This document shows positions 54,438 through 64,000 of a DNA stretch of 64,000 bases, one piece after another. Below the pieces are notes generated by a model. It worked only from the letters and a program-made list of their open reading frames with translations. It was not told where the DNA came from and searched no databases. Position 1 is the first letter of the stretch; each line of letters begins with the position of its first letter. The DNA lies in NCBI GenBank assembly GCA_025786725.1, contig JAHLTZ010000004.1:186001-250000 (forward strand). Direction: 5' to 3'. The DNA is from Syncephalis fuscata S228. Lineage: Eukaryota; Fungi; Zoopagomycota. A program made the translations under genes and the position numbers.

Positions 54438-55371
54438 GATAAACAAGAATTATTGTTTAGTATAAAAGGTATCGACTCGCCAGCTGATGAGAATAAAACA
54501 AGTTAAAACAGAGAAAATGGAGACAAAGAGATAGAAGTGGCAGCAGTAAAAAGAAGAAAGCAAGAGCAAGACGTATTATCGTAAATTATACGTATGCAAT
54601 TACGTGTACAAGTGGATATGGTTATCAGAAAGCGTTTGGATATGACGTGGTGTATCGATCACTGGTTGGCCGTAGAAGCGAAGGTGGTGATCGTGGTGAT
54701 ATACTAAAACAAATACGAATTGGCCAGTAACAAGTGATACGCAAAAAGTTAATTGGTTTTTTATAATTCCCATTGGTCAATGGTAAAACCACGGCGATAT
54801 TTATACTCACATTGCTCGGCCAATACAATAGTAATGTTGATTTGTGATCCGCCTTGGAGCATTACAAACACTGATACTCACGGCCATAAATTACCACGAT
54901 AACGCCATGTAAAAAACCAATGATGTTGAGCAAATGAATATGGCTGACAAAGCATTAAACCGCGGTGATTAGCCACTGCTTGACTACTGAATATCAGCAA
55001 CTATACAATAGCGTATTAACAAGTAGATTACATATTTTAATTGTTTATTGTAGCTTATTTACATGTATAGTAAAGTGTATTTGGGTAAAGTATTATTCAA
55101 CTTTTCTCCGTCACATGTTAATGGGTCGGAATTATTAGATGATTAATCAGCGTCCTTTAGAATGATTAAGCAAATGGCAGTTTATGAATTTGATAGTTTT
55201 AATTTATACAGTCAATTAAAGATCAGCATTTGGCAATAGCAACGCTATACGTCATCAATGACGGATTTAGCAGTGCCCTGCCGATCCATGTAGTGAATAG
55301 GCATTGTCCTGTCGAGGCTTGTTCCATGTTACTGCTGCACAACTACATAATATATTTTACACGATTTCAGT

Positions 55372-58016
55372 ATGAGATATTTGCTACAGACTAGACAATT
55401 TGCAACGCGGGTTGGGCGGCAACACTGGACGACGGGTAGCCGAACAACCACAGTGGTCGGTGCACGTCTGGCCAGTACAAAGTCCGCGCTGACTGAGAAA
55501 GTAGTGTCGGCGCCTACAGGTGGTAGACAGCGTAACTGGCGCTCAGTCGCTATGACATCGGCTGCATTGGCTATTGGCGGTGCTTCTGCATTCTATTTAC
55601 TAAGTCGGCAAACACCACTAGCACTTGAACCAGAGCATCAAGCCTCACCAGCAATCACGGCCATCGATCCTAATCGTCAGCCAACTAAGCCTCGATTGGT
55701 TATCCTTGGTTCTGGCTGGGGTGTACGTAGATTGACTGGCAATCAATCATAACTACAATTACTAACGGCTAATACAATTGATAGGCCACCTCACTGTTAA
55801 AAGCAATCGATACGAACAAGTATGAAGTAACGGTTGTTTCGGTAAGATAAATCATCATTTATTTATTTATTCATTAAATTTATAATATTAGCCCACAAAT
55901 TACTTTTTATTCACGCCATTGCTACCATCAGCCACGGTTGGCACTGTTGAATTAAGGTAGGTATTACTACTGTTAACCATCTATCTGCATTTGTTTTAAC
56001 ACTATTTAACAGATCGTTGATTGAGCCTATCCGTAAACTTCTTAAACCACTTAATGGCCGATTTATTGAGGTAAATAGACTGCTAATTGGATATGATGGT
56101 TGGTAATGAAACATCTGTATTTAGTGTGAAGCATCAAATATTGATTTTGATAACAATACTGTGAAGTTACAAGATAAAAATGGCAACGTAGCCAACTTGC
56201 CTTATGACAAGGTAATCCACCGTTTATTTATCTATTATTTTTAATGTACTTATACGCAACATCGATCAATCTACAGTTGGTTATTGCTGTCGGATCAAAA
56301 ACAAATAGTATGGGCGTGTCTGGTGTTGAGCACTGCTGCCAATTGAAAACATTTGGAGATGCTGCCCACATCCGTCATAAGATCATGGACAACTTTGAAC
56401 GAGCTTCTTTACCAACAACTTCTCCTCAAGAACGTGAACGCCTACTAAGCTTTGTCATTTGTGGTGGCGGTAAGATAAATAATAGATAAATAATAGTGTA
56501 CAGTACTAATATATATATATATATTGTAATTTCAGGTCCAACAGGTAATCGTCAACAAGTTTAGTCAATTAATTTAGTGTAATTAATACATCAATCACAT
56601 TTAGGCGTTGAATTTGCTGCCGAGTTATACGAATTTTTAACTGAAGATCTAGTTAATTATGTAAGATGAGTTCTTTACATTTAATATTACTTTCACTAAC
56701 TTACCTTTATTTCTATTTTAGTTCCCTGAAATACCAGTCAACGATGTGCGTGTATCGATTATCCAATCACAAGACCATATTCTTAATACATACGATCGAA
56801 TCATCTCCCAGTTCGCCGAGGTAATAGATAAAATATCATTGCTACTACTATTAAATTAATGTATTGTTAAACAGAAACACTTGAAGTCAACCAATATCGA
56901 TGTATTGGCCCGTACTCGAGTTACTCGTGTTGAGCCTGATCATATCGTTTTTAAACGTAAAGACGAGAATGGCAAACTAAGTGATGCAGAATCAGAACTA
57001 CCATTTGGCCTTTGTCTTTGGTCAACAGGCATTGGTAAGTGACACTAACTGCTGATATACTGCTTTAATCTAATCATAACGATAATATAACAGGTATTTG
57101 TCCTATGGTAAAAACAGTAAAGGAACATCTAGGCGCTGCCCAACAAAAGGCACGTGCTCTAGCTACAGATGATCAACTACGTGTTCGTGGTGTTACCGCC
57201 GAAAATGTCTATGCCATTGGTGATTGCGCCAGTATTGAGAATCCACGCTTGATTGACAATATTGTTGAATTCTTTACTGCTGCCGATACAAATAAGGATG
57301 GCGTGCTTGATAAAGAAGAGTTTCAACAGCTGGGTCAAACACTGAAGCGTAAATATCCACATACATCAGAACATTTGCTTAAATTGAACGATTTGTTTGA
57401 GGAATTCGATGTTGACAAATCTGGTAAGTACAGTCGTTATAATTGTTTATTTAAACAAACATAACAACAACTATTATGCTATAGGCACACTTGATAAAAA
57501 CGAATTGCGTTCTATGCTACAGGCAATCGACCGTCAAATGACAAATCTACCCGCTGTAAGTCGTGTTAATGATTAATACCATGTATCAGCTGCTAATATT
57601 TTATTTTAATAGACGGCCCAAGTAGCTAGTCAACAGGGCAAATACATGGCCAATAAGTTGAACAAGCTATCGGAATATGCTAAAGCGGCACCAGCTATTG
57701 GATACACGTTCCCTAAAGATGAGGAGGAAAACAAGCCCTTCAACTATAGTCATTTAGGCTCACTTGCCTATATTGGCAACGCAGCAGTGGCCGACTTTGG
57801 ATCAGGACGTGCTTATACAGGTGGATGGGCGGGCAAGTACTTGTGGCGAGGTGCCTATTGGAATGAACAGGTAATGCGTCAATAGAAGCCACGTCATCTA
57901 TAACTAGAGTTATTGATATTGGTATTGCTATTTAGGTCTCATTGCGTACACGTACATTATTGGCCATTGACTGGACAAAGGAACTGCTATTTGGTCGAGA
58001 TATATCGCGTGCGTAA
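55372..58016 (+). CDS. EF-hand type II NADH dehydrogenase, copy 2
   Basis: Duplicate of 44603-47247, with S/A, D/N and H/R differences. Confidence 0.95.
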
Positions 58017-58177
58017 TTCTATCGTATCAATGTTATTCATTATTACAGTAGGGTTTGTTGTTTATATTATTATTGAATGGTCTACAAATAACTATTCTAT
58101 GCATTATCTTATCACAACAAACATTTATTAAGCATCTTTGGTGTTGCAGCTATCAATTGTCCATTCTTCTCATATCA

Positions 58178-59030
58178 TTAGACAAGTCCATGTTCCAAAA
58201 TCTATAGCAAATGTTAATGGCCTATGCCTAATATTGATAGCAGTTACTAACCTTTTTTGGCTCCATAAACGCTAGCCAGTCTGAAGTGGCTGTTGGTAAT
58301 AGTCCCATAGCCGATAACTTGTAAATACCCAGCAAAATAGTTAGTACATTCATTAGTACAAATACTAGTTTGGGCAGTGTCAATTCGCCAGCAGTACGCG
58401 TTCCTTTAATCTCAAATCGCTCAAATGCTATAGTCTATGTTAAATTGCTGTTTCTAATCTTTATTGCATCTATATTGTTTACCTGTATTCAAGCTCATAA
58501 TAGCCTTAACTGGCTGAAAGAATAACATTGCCGTAATCATAATACTAAAGATTTGCACACCATTGCCGCTCATCCATAGCATAAATCCATTCATAGGCAA
58601 TGATTTTCCCGGTGCCAATGCCGCATCCCATGCTCTCTAAATAGTGGCGATTACAAAGCTGTTAGTCTTACAGCACAACGACTAAACTGTCGTTGTTATA
58701 GTCTACCTTAATTTTCAAGTTGGCATGTGCGTCTACCGAGTCTGTTCGGCTATGTTTCTAGCAGTTCAATAAAATAACTGGTTAACATAATATTGCTACA
58801 GCGTGGCCTATATATATATTTACTATGTTTCCTTTACTACTTTTGCCTGAACCAGCAATGAAGCCAAGTGGGTCTTTTGGTGCACTACGTGGTCCACGAT
58901 TCCTATCATCAGAATCTTGTTCAATATCCTCATCTACCTATTGCCAGAAGTTAATAACTTACTTGGAACGGTCCAACGTAGAAAAGTCAAATGCCCACTT
59001 GCGTGTAGCAGCAGTATTTTTGTTACTCAT
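58178..59030 (-). CDS. EMC4: ER membrane protein complex subunit 4, copy 2
   Basis: Duplicate of 47409-48261. Confidence 0.93.
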
Positions 59031-59777
59031 TGACACAGTGTTGAAAGGAAAAGGAAGTGTGTTGAATACATTTAATATTACTTGATTATTGATATTTAAT
59101 TTATTTATTGATGTTATGATGCTCCTTCATAAACGACATAATAGTTGCATTATACCATATAATGCATTTATAGTTTTTCAGTTAATAGATGGCTTTTAAT
59201 TACGCTGAATTATTCATCATCAAGTTTTACTGTTTATTGATTAGCAAGTTTGTGTCAGTGAATGTATTTGTTATTTTCTATAGTTATTTATTTTTTTACA
59301 TATTAATAAATTATTATTATAATTAGCGTACAAAAGCAACTTTGCAAATTGTAAAATATACTGTTAATACGTTTACTCGGCTATTGTTTGCTAATTCTTA
59401 AATGCAAATAAAACATGATCTAACACAACAGCTTGATCAAATATAATTAAAATGAAATCATGTGTTTATTACTAAAGGTTTGCACAGTTGAATAGGCACA
59501 ACTCATTGCAGACTTGTTGGTAATATAATGATGCCATTGATTGAAAGGCCAATAAACCGGAGCATTGGTTAGAACTTGATATATGAATGAGCTAAACGGC
59601 AGTTGTTGGATGGGCTTGTTTCTTGCCGAATATATACCTAAAGTGTATGAAGCTAGCAGCTCAACCATATTACCAATGCTGATGCCTTGAAAGCATCGGT
59701 TACTCTATGGTTATAAATAAATGTAAAACATATCATAAAATTAATGCACAATCTAACATTATATGTTGCCACTTACC

Positions 59778-61482
59778 TTCTGTTAATACAAGTTATTAAA
59801 CACACAGTTTATAGTATATTTTTAGTAATAGTTGAGCAGTATATAATGCCACTTACAAGCTATTAATGCAAGTTAGTAGACAGATAATATGCATGACATA
59901 TTTTTAATATATAGCTCATTAATATTCAATGCCACTTACGAGCTATTAATACAAGTTATTAGACGCGCACAGTACATGGTATATGTTTAGTATATAATTA
60001 TGGCTATACAATGCCACTTACGCCCTATCAATACAAGTTATTAGACGCGCGCAATGCATGGTATATGTTTAGTATATAATTATGGCTATCTGATGCTACT
60101 TACAAGCTATTGATACAAGTTATTAAACATATATGGTATATGGTATATGTTTAGTATACAATTATAACTATCCAATGCTACTTACAAGCTATTGATACAA
60201 GTTATTAAACATATATGGTATATGGTATATGTTTAGTATATTGTTCATTAGCATCCAATGCCACTTACGTCCTATCAATACAAGTTATTAGGCATATATG
60301 GTATATGGTATATGTTTAGTATATAATTATGCACTATTCAATGCTACTTACGAGCTATGCCACAAATTATTAAACATATATGGTATATGGTATATGTTTA
60401 GTATATTGTTCATTAGCATCCAATGCTACTTACGAGCTATCAATACAAATTATTAGATATGTATAATATACGGTATATGTTTAGTATGTAATTATAATTA
60501 TTTAATGCTACTTACTAGCTATGTCACAAGTTATTAGACATGTATGATATATGGTATATATTTAGTGTGTAATTGTAATTATTTAATGCTACTTACGAGC
60601 TATTAATGCAAGTTATTAGACATATAAATATATGGTACATATTTAGTATATAATCATGTACTATCTAATGCTACTTACCAGCTATGTCACAAGTTATTAG
60701 ACATGTATGGTATATGTTTATTATATAAGTATGCACTACTCAATGTCACTTACGAACTATTAATACAAATTATTAAATACATGATATGCATGATATATGT
60801 TTAGTATATAAATATGCACTATTCGATGCCACTTACTCTCTATTAATACAAGTTATTAAATACGCAATATGCATGATATATGTTTAGCATATAGTCATGT
60901 GCTATTCAATGCCACTTACGGGCTATTGATACAAGTTATTAGACATATATGATGTATGATATATATTTAATATTTAATGCTACTTACGAGCTAGTAAAGT
61001 TAGTTTGGTAGTATAAACAATACTTAATTAGTTAAATAACTGGCAATTTCTATTGTGGTTTACCTCCTATTAATATAAATTTATTATATTAGTGTTATGA
61101 ACAAGTGCTTTATTTATTGTTTTATATTAAACTTACTCTTAGCCAATGGTACTGGTTTATCCGTTTTACATTAGCAGTTATTCATTAATTAGTAATTTAT
61201 TAAAAATGTATGTCCAACACTTACCGACTGTTCAAATGTGTTTATAATGTTTATAATGTGTATAACAACATACAGTAAGTGCAAACACAATAGCCTATAA
61301 TAAGGACTTACCACCTAGTATCATCATCAATTAGACACAGATTTAGTAAACATAACACTATTGGATGTTTATTGTAATTGCAACATACCATGGCCTAATG
61401 AAGTTGGTTTAGCATCCACTATAGCTGTACTAATCACAAGAGTCGCGGCAATGGCGCAGAGAACGGCAATAAAAAGCTTCAT
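59778..61482 (-). CDS. Micro-exon secreted peptide precursor, type A copy 3 (same 54-aa product)
   Basis: Same exon 1 and same micro-exon series as copies 1 and 2, all splice sites intact. Confidence 0.85.
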
Positions 61483-62843
61483 GTTATTATCGATTTGCTA
61501 AATAAACAATAGAGTGGATTGGTATAAAGTAGGTAATAGTGGGTATTTGGCAGAAAGCGAGGTTTAATGGTGACACTGTTAGCTAGATGTGTATATTATG
61601 CGAACTATTTAAATCTGTAATTATGGTGAGGCATCAAGTAAATTTATTGTATAAATCGTACCATTAGAACATAATGTAACCAATAGAACACAGCCACATG
61701 ATAGCTTAAAGCATGCGTATACCAATATATCTATGGTGCAATAGAAATACACCTATCAATTTTGTTTTGCAGCTACATAATTCAGCTATGCAGTGTAAAC
61801 TGAATTTATTGGTTCTATAAAAACAGCGACAATGCATCGCTGTGCATTTGCTGCTATTTTTCGGCAAACGTATCCCCAATATCTTTATGCACTCCAAACA
61901 GTGCATGGTAAGCAAATAGTCGTGCTATCTTAGAAAGAAACCAATAGATTTTTTTGCAAGAAAATGAAGCTGGTCAATTGAGACAAAATATTTATTTCCT
62001 CTATTTTACAGATGGTTACATTTATTGATAGTTGGTAAATAAACATCTTTTTTACAAACAATGCATGATATCAATGCGGCATCAGTTTTAATGCACTAAA
62101 CCGTACTTTCTTACATTTATCTTCTGTTACGTATATGCTAGCTGCAGTTCTTCAAAGCATAAAAGTATACTGATTGGTTCGTATATTCATTTATGTTCGG
62201 CATTGTGATTTAGTTGCAAGAATAAACATTTTACTTTAGCACTGTGCTACAGTCTGTTGATATGGGTTTATTTAGCAATCACTTGTGGACATGAATTATT
62301 GACTGCTGCCTAACAACACTTCCAATAGCAGAGCATTCAATTTTAGCATTGCTGTCATCGATTGTTCAACCATACAGCAATGTAACAACACTAGGCTGCA
62401 CTGATTTGGCAATCTCCGTCAAATATATCCAGTGTTGAATGTACGGCGGCAACATACAAATACTAACCAGTGACAATTTAAATGCACAAGTGATTTATTT
62501 AGCAATGACTCAAAGAATAGTTATCTGTTTATTATATCCATAGTGGTTTATTATAGGCGCACACATCAAATTGCTAACAATTCAAGGCAAACTACATCAG
62601 GACAAGACTGTGGCATTGAAACTCATAGCAATATCACATTCTAAGCATATTCTTACCAGTCTGTAAATCCATGGCAATACTGTCATCATTCCAATAACTA
62701 TGGCTATATTCAATGAATATTGCTTTCAACACTTAATATAAAGACAATTTTTAATAAAGTAATTTTTATTTCATATATACTGACAAAAGAACGACAACGA
62801 TCATATTGCAGCGTAACACATATAACCAATATAGTAAAATTCA

Positions 62844-63964
62844 TTAGAATCGCGGTTTACGTTTACGTGCCGTATATTTCGAATCTTCGGCCACCTTTTT
62901 GCCTCGTTTACGCATTAATTCCTTCTTGCGCACCACCCAATCCTTATCTTTAACGCCCTTTCGCTGCTTATTCGATGGTCGACGCTCCCGTATACTAAAT
63001 AAACCAATTAACATTATACACTATTTTAATCATAGTTCACCTCCCACTTACCGATCTGCGTTGTAAACGACGCCATCCTCTTCCTCGCCAAGTGCACGAG
63101 GCATTTGATTTGATCCAGGCATCGAGCCAGTAAATAAACACAAATAATACTTTTTGGCCTTTTTGCTATTTGGATAATCAACTACTAAACCACCAGTAAA
63201 ACCGGAACGTGTTGCTTGTTCCATTATCATCTCAATTTGATTATCGTTTTCGGGATAGAATTGAAAGATGGCACGTGCCCCATTAGCTAGTGAACTATAT
63301 AGCGTTGTAAAAAACTGGGCCAATCGACGACGTGGTTCGTGCCACCGTTTATCAGCATTGCATAGCCATTGTAATACGGAAATACTAAATAATACATCAA
63401 TTATATTAGATATGGCTAATTTATACATAATTACGCTCTTATTACCTAATAGCACCATCAAATGTTCCCGGCCGAAATCCCAGACCCTCTCCTACATCCT
63501 GTAGAAATAGATCACCTTCAACTTCACGTTCCACAGCAATATCTATCAAATATTAATTAATTAATTAACACTTTAAACATAACAACTACTTTACACTTAC
63601 TTAACATGGCCGGTGCAATATCAAGTCCTACCCAATGATGGCCTTCCTCGTCCAGAATTTCACCACTAAGTCCCGATCCACATCCAATATCTAGCAACAT
63701 ACACTGCTTTCCTTCAGGTAAACAAAGCAATTCAAGAGCACGGAATGCCATTTCAGCTTGGATGCCAGCAATACGTGTACTAATATATTCATACTTGTTA
63801 ACAGCTATTGCTTGCCCCTATAAACACCACTTACTTTGAAGTGTATTTCTCCGCTTCGCCTTCATTATAAACCTATCCAATGACTATTAACCGATATATT
63901 CTATTCATTGGTTAGCCATTATATTTACCACTTCAGGTGGCCCCTGATGTTCTGGACGAGACAT
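62844..63964 (-). CDS. BUD23: 18S rRNA (guanine-N7)-methyltransferase Bud23/WBSCR22
   Basis: [95 protein letters not shown]. Confidence 0.97.
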
Positions 63965-64000
63965 TATCCTTAGTTACTTCTGCTAATCGTCGTCGTGACC

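Larger units (their letters stand above)
40587..62813. repeat. Tandem segmental duplication, unit ~10.77 kb (two units plus a third copy of the first ~0.69 kb)
   Basis: Constant offset of 10768-10770 between all paired ORFs (41324/52094, 44603/55372, 48900/59668). Segment 40587-41275 recurs at 51357-52045 and 62125-62813. Confidence 0.97.

Overview
Eukaryotic, intron-rich, AT-rich fungal DNA with short GT-AG introns and CTAAY branch points. The gene set (CEP44-, BORCS6-, KAT14- and TMX2-like genes) suggests an early-diverging fungus such as Zoopagomycota or Mucoromycota; this is inference. Housekeeping genes: RRP7 (3' part), CDC7, carnitine acetyltransferase, TMX2, a USP30/Ubp16-type DUB, a membrane DnaJ protein, CEP44-like, BORCS6-like, a Ran1/Pat1-type kinase, UMP-CMP kinase, SIR2, a UPF0658-like membrane protein, KAT14-like GNAT, RIB3, an EF-hand type II NADH dehydrogenase, EMC4 and BUD23. 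The main discovery is missed by the ORF track: a four-copy family of secreted-peptide genes in which an ~82-bp 'minisatellite' is really a chain of spliceosomal introns separated by 3-nt exons, one codon-equivalent per repeat unit. Manual splicing gives signal peptide + propeptide + Lys-Arg + a short mature peptide + stop. Type A (three copies, at 15.3-17.0, 49.0-50.7 and 59.8-61.5 kb) gives APQIPAPTPRPSWPP. Type B (38.3-39.9 kb) gives EIVFEENFEVGLGS. All introns are phase 1, so any exon skipping stays in frame but recodes the junction codon. The copies show patchwork sequence exchange, B has a 220-bp inverted repeat around its promoter-homologous block, and family-associated repeats flank a ~10.77-kb tandem duplication of four housekeeping genes. 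Several single-base frameshifts in ordinary genes look like assembly homopolymer errors.
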